Shown: positions 49,309-59,697, counted from the stretch's first letter. The stretch: DNA of 64,000 bases from Candidatus Latescibacterota bacterium (GCA_965208125.1 OZ242320.1:2912001-2976000), one strand, 5' to 3'. Notes: generated by a model not told the origin, from the sequence alone. Translations and numbers: made by a program.

Positions 49309-50379
49309 TTGCCTACTATTGTCCTCATTGGCGGCGGTACCGCAGGGCATGTTACGCCCAATATTGCGCTGTTGCCCGCTTTGCGCGATGCTGGATACGA
49401 TGTGCATTATATCGGTACGCGAGACGGTATCGAGCAAGGACTGATCGCGCGGGAGGGCGTTCCCTATTACGCTGTTCCCGCAGGCAAACTCCGCCGCTAT
49501 CTGGATTGGCAAAATTTTACCGATCTCGTCCGCATCAAGTTAGGGTTTCTCAAGTCGCTGTTGCTTCTCGCTCGTATTAGACCCGATATTGTCTTTAGCA
49601 AGGGGGGATTTGTTACGCCGCCCATTATCTGGGCTGCGTGGTTGCTGGGCATTCCCGTTGTGTGTCACGAGTCGGATCTCACGCCGGGGTTGGCCAATAA
49701 GCTTTCTCTTCCGTTTGCCCGGCGCATTTGCTATGCTTTTGCAGAGACAGCTAAATATTTGCCTGCTGAAAAAGCGGTTCATACGGGTATTCCGGTTCGG
49801 ACAGAGCTGGGAAATGGAGATGCCCAGAAAGGGCGCGATTTGTGCGCGTTTACGTCTGGGAAACCCATTATTCTCATTATGGGAGGTAGCTTGGGTTCGC
49901 GTGCGATTAATGCAGCGGTTCGCGCTGCACTTCCCGATTTGCTTGTCGAGTACCAGATTTGTCATTTGTGCGGACAGGGCAATCTCGATTCGGATCTCGA
50001 CCAGACCGAAGGGTACGCGCAGTTTGAATATGTCTCGGATGATTTGACCCATCTTTTTGCGGCAGCCGATTTTATTGTTTCTCGCGCAGGTGCTACCGCG
50101 CTCTTTGAATTTCTTTCGCTCCAAAAACCCGCGCTTTTGATTCCCCTTTCCCTGCAAGCCAGTCGCGGAGATCAGATCGATAATGCCGAGGCATTTCGAA
50201 ATGCCGGTTATAGCCTCGTGCTTTCAGAAGAGGGGCTTACGCCGGATGGGCTTTACAAAGCGATTCGCGATTTGTGCGATCAAAGTGACGCGCTCCTTCA
50301 ATCCATGTCTGATTGGCGCGGGCGCGACGCTATTGCGGAAATTCTCTCAATCCTCGCCGATTATCTGAATAAGAATTGA
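49309..50379 (+). CDS. murG: Undecaprenyl-PP-MurNAc-pentapeptide GlcNAc transferase
   Basis: GGGTAGHVTPNIAL, GKLRRY, FSKGGFV, HESD.TPGLAN, GGSLGS, SRAGA, RGDQIDNA; TTG start after AGGAG. Confidence 0.92.
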   Translation: MPTIVLIGGGTAGHVTPNIALLPALRDAGYDVHYIGTRDGIEQGLIAREGVPYYAVPAGKLRRYLDWQNFTDLVRIKLGFLKSLLLLARIRPDIVFSKGGFVTPPIIWAAWLLGIPVVCHESDLTPGLANKLSLPFARRICYAFAETAKYLPAEKAVHTGIPVRTELGNGDAQKGRDLCAFTSGKPIILIMGGSLGSRAINAAVRAALPDLLVEYQICHLCGQGNLDSDLDQTEGYAQFEYVSDDLTHLFAAADFIVSRAGATALFEFLSLQKPALLIPLSLQASRGDQIDNAEAFRNAGYSLVLSEEGLTPDGLYKAIRDLCDQSDALLQSMSDWRGRDAIAEILSILADYLNKN

Positions 50380-50384
50380 TTACT

Positions 50385-52355
50385 ATGGCACAAGAAAGAC
50401 ATCCATCTGTTGAACCCACTCGATTTGTAAGAGAAGCTGTTACGCTGAAGTCCATTCTGGTAGGCATTGTGGTCATTCTGCTATCCGATGCCTATATCAC
50501 ATGGGGCATGTTGCATCTGGCTTCTCGTATGAATAAGTCCTATCTGCCGATGGGGCTGTTTTTTGTGTATGTGGTTCTGGTGTTGATAAATATCGCGTTT
50601 GATCGGGCAAAGAGCAGGTGGGCACTTTCTCAGGCTGAGTTGCAAGTTGCGCTCGGTATGGGGTTGATTGGGGCGTTTTTCCCATTTTTTGGTCTGGCGA
50701 GTTTTTTGCCTACGGTGATTGCGGCGCCCTTTTATCTCGATACGCCGGAGAATGGCTGGCGCGAGCTTTTGCACGAGCATATTCCCAGGTGGATTGTTTT
50801 GCACAATGAAGATGGGGCAGCAACACTGTTTTACGAGGGTCTTGCGCCGCATCAGCCGATTCCGTGGGGTGCGTGGGTGGTGCCGATTTTCTGGTGGGGA
50901 TCGTTGATTTTTGCAATTGGTTGGTTGACGTTGTGTATTATGGTGATTTTGCGGAAGCAGTGGGTGGAGAATGAGCGGTTGGAATATCCGTTGATGAATG
51001 TGAGTATTAAGATGGCTGCCGGGTCAGATGATGCGGAGGGCATCGCACATATGGTTCGACAGCGGGGGTTTAAGGTTGGCTGTTTCTTAGGTGCTATAGC
51101 TGTTTTGTGGAATATTGTGACATTTTTTTATCCTTTGATACCGCGTTTGCCCACGACGCCAAATGCCGCCAGTTGGTTGCGCTGGATGGAGGGCGCGCCG
51201 ACGTTTTGGGTGCAGATCAGCATTTATATTATTGGCTTTGCGTATTTTGCGCGTGTGGAGGCGCTGTTCAGTTTTTGGGTGTTTTTTGTGTTGACGGGTA
51301 TTGAGATGTCTGTGTTTGACCGTCTTGGCGTGGGGTCTTCTGTTGGTCAGGGGGGATTGGAGGCGGTGCGGTCTCAGAGTTTTGGCGCGTTTGTGATGAT
51401 TGTTCTGGTGAGTTTGTGGATGTCGCGTGGTCATTTGAAGGCGGTGTTTCGGAAGGCATTTAAGGGTGATGCTGAGGTGGATGATTCTCGGGAGGTGTTG
51501 TCTTATCGAACGGCGGTGTTTGGTCTGGGGATTGGGCTTCTTTACGTGGGTGGATGGTTGCATCTGGCGGGTATGGAGTTGAAGGTGCTGGTGCTTTATA
51601 TGTTTTTTGCTGTGGCAGCCTATATCGGCTTGTCCCGGATTGTGGCTGAGATGGGGTTGCCCTATGCAAATATTTCGGATACGGCACTGAATTTTGCGCC
51701 TATTTATATTTTGGGGTCGCGTGCGATTTCAGCGCCTTCTATGGTGAGTCAGGGGTTTATCTATGCGCTTTTTGCCACGACGCGCGGGTTTCTCGGTCCG
51801 CCTCTGGCACAGGCGCTGAAGCTGACGAGTGGGTTGAAGTTTCGGCGGAATCGCTTGATCGGTGCGATTGCGATTGCATTGGTGTTGGGGTTTTTCGTAT
51901 CCATCGGCGATACGGTTTATACTGCCTATCGGCACGGCGGATATAATCTGGGGGGGTTGACGAGGGTGGCGGGCGTTCGGAATAATTATCAGAAAGCCGT
52001 GACGTGGATCAGAAATCCCCAGCCTCCGGATTGGGACCGGCTCACGTTTGCCGGATCTGGGATGGCGATTGTGTTGTTGTTGACCTTTTTGCGATACAAT
52101 TTTATCTGGTGGCCTTTGCCCGCTGTTGGTCTGGCACTGCAGGGCATGTATATGGCGCGTCGTCTGGTGTTTCCGGTTTTTATGGTGTGGGTTTATAAGT
52201 CGCTTATTTTGAAGTTTGGTGGTGTTGGGATGTACCGCAGGGGACAGCCGTTTTTTATAGGTTTGATGGTGGGCTATGCTTTTGCGGTGTTTTTTTCGAC
52301 GTTGATCGATCATCTCTTTTTTTATGGGCACGGTCATGTGGTGCATGATTTTTGA
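50385..52355 (+). CDS. DUF6785/DUF6784-type polytopic membrane protein (putative transporter)
   Basis: KQWVENERLEYPL, WWPLPAVG, KFGGVGMYRR, ends GHVVHDF; paralog of 4922..6889. Confidence 0.8.
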   Translation: MAQERHPSVEPTRFVREAVTLKSILVGIVVILLSDAYITWGMLHLASRMNKSYLPMGLFFVYVVLVLINIAFDRAKSRWALSQAELQVALGMGLIGAFFPFFGLASFLPTVIAAPFYLDTPENGWRELLHEHIPRWIVLHNEDGAATLFYEGLAPHQPIPWGAWVVPIFWWGSLIFAIGWLTLCIMVILRKQWVENERLEYPLMNVSIKMAAGSDDAEGIAHMVRQRGFKVGCFLGAIAVLWNIVTFFYPLIPRLPTTPNAASWLRWMEGAPTFWVQISIYIIGFAYFARVEALFSFWVFFVLTGIEMSVFDRLGVGSSVGQGGLEAVRSQSFGAFVMIVLVSLWMSRGHLKAVFRKAFKGDAEVDDSREVLSYRTAVFGLGIGLLYVGGWLHLAGMELKVLVLYMFFAVAAYIGLSRIVAEMGLPYANISDTALNFAPIYILGSRAISAPSMVSQGFIYALFATTRGFLGPPLAQALKLTSGLKFRRNRLIGAIAIALVLGFFVSIGDTVYTAYRHGGYNLGGLTRVAGVRNNYQKAVTWIRNPQPPDWDRLTFAGSGMAIVLLLTFLRYNFIWWPLPAVGLALQGMYMARRLVFPVFMVWVYKSLILKFGGVGMYRRGQPFFIGLMVGYAFAVFFSTLIDHLFFYGHGHVVHDF

Positions 52356-52377
52356 GAGAAACCGATAGGAGGGAATA

Positions 52378-53274
52378 ATGGGAGAGAAACGAATTAACAG
52401 ATGTATCGAGCTTCTCGAGCAGGGCGAGTATCTCTATTATACGGGTGCTGGCCCTCTTACGTATGAGAATGGGAAGAAGCAGGCAAAGACGTGGGCGGAT
52501 TTTTTGATGGTGGATTACGAGCACAGTCCGTTTGATGTGGTTGGTCTTCGCGCGTTTATGCAAGGGCTGGTGGATGGCGGTCCCACAAATTCGGGGCACC
52601 GCACGCCGACGGTGTTTGCGACGTTGCCGTCCAATTGTCGCACTGTGCATGAGGTTCGCGCCAATGCGTGGCAGATCAGGCATGTTTTGAGTTCGGGGGT
52701 TCACGGTATTTTGCATACGCATGCGCGGCAGGCGGATGCAGTGAGGGCGTTTGTCGAGGAGTGCAGGTATCCGTTTCAGACGGCCGGGCTGGATCGCGGA
52801 TTGGTGCAGGGGCAGCGCGGGGCGGGCGGTCAGGGATATGCCGCGAGCATCTGGGGGCTTAAGGGTCCGGAGTACACGCAGGTAGCGGATCCGTGGCCGC
52901 TGAATCCGGATGGGGAGTTGATGTTGGGGCTTAAAATTGAGGACAGGGAGTGCGTTGCGAATGCCGAGTATATATGCAAGGTGCCGGGTCTGGCATTCGC
53001 TGAGTGGGGACCGGGGGATATGGGTATGTCCTATGGTTTTGCCGATGCCCACGATCCGCCGTATCCGCCAATTATGGAGGAGGCTCGAAGTATTGTGAAG
53101 GGTGCGTGCGATGATAATGGGATCCATTTTTTGTGTTCGTGGAAGGATTCTTCAAAGAGTGCGGAGGAAAATATTCGGTTTTTGATGGATTGGGGCGTCA
53201 GGATTCTTTCTGGTGGGGGAGAAGATCAGGCGCGTATTGGTCGCGCAATTTCGGGCAGGAAGATGCCTGTGTGA
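52378..53274 (+). CDS. HpcH/HpaI aldolase-family protein
   Basis: VDYEH, GQRGAGG, KIED, GPGDMGMSYG. Confidence 0.82.
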   Translation: MGEKRINRCIELLEQGEYLYYTGAGPLTYENGKKQAKTWADFLMVDYEHSPFDVVGLRAFMQGLVDGGPTNSGHRTPTVFATLPSNCRTVHEVRANAWQIRHVLSSGVHGILHTHARQADAVRAFVEECRYPFQTAGLDRGLVQGQRGAGGQGYAASIWGLKGPEYTQVADPWPLNPDGELMLGLKIEDRECVANAEYICKVPGLAFAEWGPGDMGMSYGFADAHDPPYPPIMEEARSIVKGACDDNGIHFLCSWKDSSKSAEENIRFLMDWGVRILSGGGEDQARIGRAISGRKMPV

Positions 53275-53288
53275 GGGAGGAGAGGTCA

Positions 53289-54728
53289 ATGGGAAAGAAG
53301 CCCAATATTCTGTTCATTTTTAGCGATCAACACCGCCACGATGTGCTCGGCTGTGCCGGGCATCCGCTGGTTCAGACGCCGAATCTGGATCGACTAACGG
53401 ATTGGGGGATGCGTTTTGAGCGGGCGTGGACGCAGTGTCCGGTTTGTATGCCTTGCAGGGCCACGATGATTACGGGGCGATATACGCATGAGTTGGGGTT
53501 TACGTCTAATGTTACGGCTGATCGAGGGGATACGGTTGATGATAGTCCTTTTAAGCCCGCATGGCCAACGATTATGAAGCAGTTGCAGGGCGGGGGGTAT
53601 GAGACGGCTTCGATTGGCAAGACGCACTATCACGGCCGGCCCGGTTCTCAGGAGGCGGGAGCGCGCGGGGAGCGTTTCGATACGCGGCAGTTTGGGGATT
53701 TTGTGAAGGGTTTCGGGTGGGATTATGTGATGGAGGAATACGACCGGTATGGACACGTTCAGAGCCATGTGAAAAGCCCGTATATGGATTTTCTCGAGGC
53801 GCGGGGTCTTCTGGAGGCGCATCAGGAACAGATCCGGGGGATTTACAGGCTTACGCCCACGCACTGGCGGGGCGAGACGAGTGTGTTGCCGCAAGAATGC
53901 GAGTTGTCCAGTTTTATTGCCGATCACGCGATGGATTGGCTGCAATCGCGCGATTCTGAAAAGCCGTTTTATCTTCACTTGGGTTTTGTGCAGCCGCATG
54001 TTCCGCTGATGGATGATCCGGTTTGGGCGGCTTATTATGCAGATGCGGATATCGAGTTGCCGGATATGACGATGCCGAGTGCCACGAATGAGGTTTGGGC
54101 AGAAAAGGTCAAACGGCTCAAAGCGCATTCTCAGGTTCAGACTATGACGGATGATTTTGTGCGCGAGGGCATCAGGCATTATCTGGGTGCTGTTTCTCTG
54201 GTCGATCAGAAGATTGGCGAGGTGATTGATACGCTGGATGCGTTGGGGGAATTGGATAATACATGGATTATTTACAGCGCGGATCACGGCGAGATGCTTG
54301 GCGAACACCATTTGTGGGCAAAGCACTGTTTTTACGAGGGCTCGGTGCAGGTTCCGCTGATTGTTAGTCCGCCGGATCGCAAGAGCAGAGGGGTTTGTGA
54401 CGATCTCACGCAGTTGATCGATGTGGTTTCGACAATTGCAGATATTGGGCAGGTTGCACCGCCGGAGGGTGCTCGCGGACAATCACTGTTGCCGATGTTG
54501 GAACGCGGTTCTGGGGGATATGAGTATGTGTTTTCGACGATTGAGGATTGGACCGGGGTGAGGAATGAAGTCTATCGCCTTACGCTGCATGTTCCGACGG
54601 GGACGCCCTGTGAGCTGTACGATCTGGCAAGAGATCCGGGCGAGTTGGATAATTGCGTGGAAGATCCCGCCTATGGGGAGATTGTGGATCAGCTCAAAGC
54701 GGTTGTTTTGGACCATCGAGCGGGTTGA
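53289..54728 (+). CDS. Cys-type sulfatase (cytoplasmic)
   Basis: PNILFIFSDQH, TPNLD, CMPCR (CxPxR), GKTH, SADHGE, KHCFYEGS.VP; no signal peptide. Confidence 0.93.
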   Translation: MGKKPNILFIFSDQHRHDVLGCAGHPLVQTPNLDRLTDWGMRFERAWTQCPVCMPCRATMITGRYTHELGFTSNVTADRGDTVDDSPFKPAWPTIMKQLQGGGYETASIGKTHYHGRPGSQEAGARGERFDTRQFGDFVKGFGWDYVMEEYDRYGHVQSHVKSPYMDFLEARGLLEAHQEQIRGIYRLTPTHWRGETSVLPQECELSSFIADHAMDWLQSRDSEKPFYLHLGFVQPHVPLMDDPVWAAYYADADIELPDMTMPSATNEVWAEKVKRLKAHSQVQTMTDDFVREGIRHYLGAVSLVDQKIGEVIDTLDALGELDNTWIIYSADHGEMLGEHHLWAKHCFYEGSVQVPLIVSPPDRKSRGVCDDLTQLIDVVSTIADIGQVAPPEGARGQSLLPMLERGSGGYEYVFSTIEDWTGVRNEVYRLTLHVPTGTPCELYDLARDPGELDNCVEDPAYGEIVDQLKAVVLDHRAG

Positions 54729-54739
54729 GGTCTATACAG

Positions 54740-55996
54740 ATGAGTGACCAGGCAGAGATATTGATTGTTGGCGGTGGGGCAATCGGTGTTTGCTCGGCTT
54801 ATTATTTAAATGCTGCGGGTAGAGATGTCGCGCTGGTTGATAAAGGCGATATTTGTTCGGGGTGTTCGTATGGGAATGGGGGGCTTGTTGTGCCGAGTCA
54901 CAGCATACCTCTGTCCGCTCCAGGAGTGGTGTCTCAGAGTCTGAAGTGGATGTTGAATCCAGAGAGTCCGTTTTATATTAAGACGCGACTGGACTGGGAT
55001 TTGATTTCCTGGTTGTGGTATTTTCGCCGTGCGTGCAATGAGAAGCATGTGGTGAGGGCTACGCCTGTTATTCGGGCGATGAATATGGCGAGTGTGGCGT
55101 TGTTTGAAGAGATGGCATTGCTTGAGGGCATGGATTTTGGGTTTGAGAAGAAGGGGACGATCACGGCGTATAGAACCGAGAGGGGTTTGGCAAAGGCGGT
55201 TAAAGACGCGGGTTTTTTGTCGGAGGTGGGGGTTGAGACGCGGGTTCTCAATGCCGATGAGATGGTGGGATTAAATCCCGGGATTCGGATACGGGCGATT
55301 GGGGGGATATTTTTTCCCGAGGATGCCCATCTCGTGCCGCATCGCTTTGTGTGTGGGCTAGCGCAGTACGTCGGTGAAAAGGGTGTTCGGATTCACAGGG
55401 AGACAGAGGTTCTGGGGTTTGAGATTTCGCGCGGTCGCGTGGTTGCTGTGAAGACGAGTCGGGGTGATTTCCAGGCGGAGCATATCATATTGGCGAGTGG
55501 GTCGTGGTCGCCTATAATTGCCAGGGATCTTCATATCAATCTGCCGATTCAACCTGCCAAGGGGTATAGTATTACTTTTAAGCGACCTGATGTTTGTCCG
55601 ACAACGCCGTTTTCTCTGGGGGAAGCAAAGGTCGGTATTACGCCTATGGGGGATATGCTGCGGTTTGCGGGTACGCTCGAATTGGCAGGTCTCGATTTTT
55701 CGATTAACGAGCGGCGCGTGCAGGCTATTCTCAAGGCTGTGCCCGAGTATTTTCCCGATTTGAATCCCGATTATCTCGAGAGGATAGAAATCTGGTGCGG
55801 TTTGCGGCCCTGTACGCCGGATGGGGTGCCATTTCTCGGTCGCGCTCCCGGGGTTGAGAATGTGATCGTGGCTGCTGGTCATGCGATGATTGGCATTTCT
55901 CTGGGGCCTGTTACCGGGAAGTTGGTGGCGGAACTGGTTTCCGATGAGATACCATCTGTTGATCTGTCATTATTAGAAGTGGATCGGTTTGGGTAG
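54740..55996 (+). CDS. FAD-dependent D-amino acid dehydrogenase-family oxidoreductase
   Basis: GGGAIG, CSYGNGG, PAKGYS, GLRPCTPDG, GHAMIG.SLGP.TG. Confidence 0.9.
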   Translation: MSDQAEILIVGGGAIGVCSAYYLNAAGRDVALVDKGDICSGCSYGNGGLVVPSHSIPLSAPGVVSQSLKWMLNPESPFYIKTRLDWDLISWLWYFRRACNEKHVVRATPVIRAMNMASVALFEEMALLEGMDFGFEKKGTITAYRTERGLAKAVKDAGFLSEVGVETRVLNADEMVGLNPGIRIRAIGGIFFPEDAHLVPHRFVCGLAQYVGEKGVRIHRETEVLGFEISRGRVVAVKTSRGDFQAEHIILASGSWSPIIARDLHINLPIQPAKGYSITFKRPDVCPTTPFSLGEAKVGITPMGDMLRFAGTLELAGLDFSINERRVQAILKAVPEYFPDLNPDYLERIEIWCGLRPCTPDGVPFLGRAPGVENVIVAAGHAMIGISLGPVTGKLVAELVSDEIPSVDLSLLEVDRFG

Positions 55997-56006
55997 TTGG
56001 GAAAAG

Positions 56007-56055
56007 TCGGGAAAAGGATTTCCCTCCTACTGTTGGAGTGGCATCCTTGCCGCGA
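56007..56055. repeat. Back-to-back pair of 24-nt GTAG-type REP-like units
   Basis: Minus strand GTAGGAGGGAAATCCTTTTCCCGA (56007-56030) and plus strand GTTGGAGTGGCATCCTTGCCGCGA (56032-56055). Confidence 0.65.
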
Positions 56056-56105
56056 TTACTTGGCTCTTGCCATGAAACCATAAGACCTAAATAGAGAGGT
56101 GAAAT

Positions 56106-57875
56106 ATGGTGAAGATGTTGCTGAGGGATGTTGCGATGTCCGATCTGGCGGAGATTTACGAGCGAAATGCAGATCGGACACCCGCGCCGTATCTCAAAGA
56201 TGCAGAGGCGGTGGATCGGGCGAGGGGATTGGCGAAGAAGAATGGGATGTGGGATGATTTGAGCGAGAATCTGGATGGAAGTCGAGAGATTCCCGTGTTG
56301 AAGCGGTCGGCTTTTCGCAATTATCAGCGGGTTGGAGATCGCAATTTGCCACAGGCTGTGGCGGGCAATCGCAGACGCGAGTTGGAGTGGGCAGCGATGG
56401 CTTTGTGGCTGGGACATCCCAATGCCGATGTGGATTATTTGCAGGATTTGCTCTGGGCGTATTGCGACGATCATACATGGGTGATGGCCGCGCACGAAGG
56501 TCGGGCTATTGATCTGGGGTCGGCTGCATTGGGGGCTGCGTTTGCAGAAATTTTGCATGTTCTGGATGATCAACTGGAAGAAGAAGTGGTAGAGCGCGTT
56601 TCGCGAAAGATTGAGGCGCATATTTTTGAGCCGTTCTGGAATTATAGACATCTGGATTTTTGGAAGACCGTGCGGATGAATTGGAATCACGTTTGCAATG
56701 GCGAGATTATCCGCGCCGCGCTTTATCAGATTGAGGATCCCGTGGTGCTGGCTCATATGACCCACGCGGCGATTATAAATTTGACGTATGCGCTGGATGG
56801 GTTTACGGATGATGGCGGGTGCGAAGAGGGGCCGGGGTATTGGGAATATGGCTTTGGGCATTTTTTGTACGTTGCCTATGCGCTGTATTTGAAGACCAAT
56901 GGGGAATTGAATTTGATGGTGGATGAGACTGGCAAAATCCAGCGGATATGCGAGTACCCGCTCGCCGCGCATATTCAGGGTGCGTTGCGCTCGACGTTTG
57001 CGGATTCGAGCCACGGATATACGGGGGCGCGGTCTGCTATGATTGTCAATGCGTTTTTTGATATGCCAGAATTGTACGCGCTGTGCGATAAGCATTCGGA
57101 TAATACGTTGAAGGTGCGGGATATGCACAGCCTGGCGATGTATTCCGGGTTTGAGGTGGAGGCAGAGGCGGATGATCGGGATTGTGTTTTGCCCGATTTG
57201 GGACAGGCGAAGTTGCGGGGGACGCCCGGGAAAGAGCAGTTGACCCTGATGTGTCTGGCGGGGAATAATGGGGTGCCGCACAATCACAATGATATCGGCA
57301 GTTTTATTGTGCATCGGGGGGATGCGCTCTGGTTGACGGATCCCGGAGGTCCTGTTTATAGCCAGAAGACCTTTGGTCCCGATCGCTACGATATTCTGTT
57401 TTGCAATGCGCTGGGTCATTCTGTGCCCGTGATCAATGGGCAGTTGCAGCAGCCCGGCGGGGAGTATTTTGGTACGCTGGAGGTGGAAAATTTGAATGGC
57501 GAGGGCGAAAAACGCGCAATAATAGATATGACACATGCGTATCCCGAAGGTACGGTGAAGAGCTTGACGCGTACCTTTGTGCTGGATGCAAATGTTCTGA
57601 CGATGGAAGATCGCTATGTGTTTGACGGTGTGCCGCAGACGCTGGAGGAGGGGTTCATTACTTTTGAGGATGTGCAAGTTGATGGGGGTTCGGTTCAGGT
57701 CGGTCCCAAAGGCGAGGGTATTATACTTTCTGCGGTGGATACACCGGGCGCGTTTTCGGTCAAGCAGTTTGAAGAGGAGTCAAGAGAGGGGCGCACAGAT
57801 GAGGTGGTCACGCGCGTGATTTTTACACCGGAAGAACTATCGCAAGATCTCTGTTTGCGGTTTGCGATGGGGTGA
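56106..57875 (+). CDS. Heparinase II/III-like protein
   Basis: NWNHVC, DGGCEEGPGYWEYG, HNHNDIGSF, DPG...Y, HSVPVING. Confidence 0.87.
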   Translation: MVKMLLRDVAMSDLAEIYERNADRTPAPYLKDAEAVDRARGLAKKNGMWDDLSENLDGSREIPVLKRSAFRNYQRVGDRNLPQAVAGNRRRELEWAAMALWLGHPNADVDYLQDLLWAYCDDHTWVMAAHEGRAIDLGSAALGAAFAEILHVLDDQLEEEVVERVSRKIEAHIFEPFWNYRHLDFWKTVRMNWNHVCNGEIIRAALYQIEDPVVLAHMTHAAIINLTYALDGFTDDGGCEEGPGYWEYGFGHFLYVAYALYLKTNGELNLMVDETGKIQRICEYPLAAHIQGALRSTFADSSHGYTGARSAMIVNAFFDMPELYALCDKHSDNTLKVRDMHSLAMYSGFEVEAEADDRDCVLPDLGQAKLRGTPGKEQLTLMCLAGNNGVPHNHNDIGSFIVHRGDALWLTDPGGPVYSQKTFGPDRYDILFCNALGHSVPVINGQLQQPGGEYFGTLEVENLNGEGEKRAIIDMTHAYPEGTVKSLTRTFVLDANVLTMEDRYVFDGVPQTLEEGFITFEDVQVDGGSVQVGPKGEGIILSAVDTPGAFSVKQFEEESREGRTDEVVTRVIFTPEELSQDLCLRFAMG

Positions 57876-57895
57876 GTTTCTGGGAGGATTCAGTT

Positions 57896-58711
57896 ATGTA
57901 TAGAATTTCCTATGATGGTAGCAATAAGAAGGTGATGTGGCAGGAGATGTGGCGGCATGAATTTGAGGACGCTTTGGAGCGCGATCCCGTGGTGATTGTG
58001 CCGGTGGGTTCTGTAGAGCAGCACGGGCCGCATTGTCCGATGGATGTGGATATTTCGGCGCCGTTCTATATGGCGGTGGCTGTTGCTCAGCGCGTGGATG
58101 ATTTTCCCGTGATTGTCGCGCCGCCGGTGTGGTCGGGGTTTACGCATTATAACATGGGATTTCCCGGTACGATTAATTTGCGTTTGGAGACGTTTCAGAA
58201 TTTGCTGGCGGATATTTTTCGCAGTATTTATGCCAATGGGTTTACGCGGATCATTTCTGTCAATGGACACGGGGGCAATGCCGCGCCCTGTCGCGCTGTT
58301 TCGTGGCAGGTGGCAGAGGAGAATATTTTTACGCTGTCATTTAGCTGGTGGGATATGGTGGATAAGGAGTTGCGGGAGTGGAGTGCGACAAATGAAGGCG
58401 TGGGACACGCCGGTGAGTGGGAGACTGCTGTGCAGCTTCATTTGCGCGAACATCTGGTTGATAAGAGCCGTATTGATAGCGATGTGACGGGGACGAGGCC
58501 ATTTAGCGATGATCTGTCGTTTGCGGAGTTTGCCGAGCGGCGACGCGATACAAAAAAAGATACGGGTATCATGGGCGATGCATTTGCTGCGAGCGCGGAA
58601 AAGGGTGCGCGCATTTTTGAATTGGCCTGTGAACGTCTGGAAAAGCTGGTGCGCGAGTATCACGAGTTGCCCGTGCGCGAATATCGGGAGTTTGGGTCTC
58701 ACTGTCTTTGA
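57896..58711 (+). CDS. Creatininase-family amidohydrolase
   Basis: PVGSVEQHGPH.P..D, NGHGGN, HAGEWET; GGAGG RBS. Confidence 0.92.
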   Translation: MYRISYDGSNKKVMWQEMWRHEFEDALERDPVVIVPVGSVEQHGPHCPMDVDISAPFYMAVAVAQRVDDFPVIVAPPVWSGFTHYNMGFPGTINLRLETFQNLLADIFRSIYANGFTRIISVNGHGGNAAPCRAVSWQVAEENIFTLSFSWWDMVDKELREWSATNEGVGHAGEWETAVQLHLREHLVDKSRIDSDVTGTRPFSDDLSFAEFAERRRDTKKDTGIMGDAFAASAEKGARIFELACERLEKLVREYHELPVREYREFGSHCL

Positions 58712-58727
58712 AAGAGGGGGTACGACG

Positions 58728-59675
58728 ATGTCAAAGCTAAGAGTGGGGATTATCGGTGCGGGGGGTCACGCACAGAGCCACTTCAGGATGATCCATGACG
58801 AGCGGGAAATGGCGTTGGTTGCGGTTGCAGACCTGGATCCAGAAAGACTGGCGCACACGCGAGAAACGCACGGCGTGACGTCCCTTTTTACGGATTACCG
58901 GGAGATGATCGAGAAGGTGCAACTGGACGTGGTCTATGTTGTGACCTTTCCGGGGCCACTACCCGACATTGTGATCGACTGTCTGGAGGCCGGACTGCAT
59001 ACCTCGGTAGAGAAGCCGCCGGGGATCAGTTCGGATCAGACCCGACGGATGATGGAGGCCGAACAGCGATCCAGCGCCAGGGCGATTGTCTCGGTGAACC
59101 GGCGGTATATTCCAGAAGTGCTGGCGATTCGGGCCATGCTGCAAGATCGAGGTGGACCCGTTCATGTGGCGGCGACGTACAACAAGCCGCATATTGGGGA
59201 CAAGGTCCGGGATGTCGGGCATCTTATCCGATTGGACGCGATCCACCATGTGGATCTGTTGCGGTGGCTGGCAGGTGACGCCGTCGAGGTTTACTCAGAG
59301 GCATGGTCTGCGCCTTCCCACCCTGCCGAGATGCGCCACAATGCCGTGATCAAGTTCGAAAGTGGCTGCCGGGGCGTGATGATGAGCCACTATGCTGTTG
59401 GATACCGCATTCAGCGGTTTGAAGCGCATGCGGAAGACTTCAGCGCGTACGTGGATCTCACGAGTGGTCCCAGGTGTGAGATCTATGTTGATGGAGGGCC
59501 GTTCGAGGGCGAGCTGGATCTGGAATCGGTCGGTGGTCCCGACTTCAACGAGACCCGGCATTTCGTGGCGTGCATACAAAACGATACACAGCCGTGGAGC
59601 ACGCTTGAGGATGCGATCAAGACGATGAGGTTGTGCGAAGCGATTGAGGCGGGGCATAAAGGTCAATTGGAATGA
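58728..59675 (+). CDS. Gfo/Idh/MocA-family oxidoreductase
   Basis: VGIIGAG, VEKPP, NRRY, IHHVD; start MSKLR. Confidence 0.9.
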   Translation: MSKLRVGIIGAGGHAQSHFRMIHDEREMALVAVADLDPERLAHTRETHGVTSLFTDYREMIEKVQLDVVYVVTFPGPLPDIVIDCLEAGLHTSVEKPPGISSDQTRRMMEAEQRSSARAIVSVNRRYIPEVLAIRAMLQDRGGPVHVAATYNKPHIGDKVRDVGHLIRLDAIHHVDLLRWLAGDAVEVYSEAWSAPSHPAEMRHNAVIKFESGCRGVMMSHYAVGYRIQRFEAHAEDFSAYVDLTSGPRCEIYVDGGPFEGELDLESVGGPDFNETRHFVACIQNDTQPWSTLEDAIKTMRLCEAIEAGHKGQLE

Positions 59676-59697
59676 TTTTTGGGGTTTGGATCGCGGT

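Noticed and set aside
55911-57677. 588-aa antisense ORF
   Set aside because: It mirrors the heparinase-like gene on the opposite strand with Ile/Arg/His/Gln-rich shadow composition; the same applies to 46579..47790, 44320..45405, 45356..46288 and 53394..54482.
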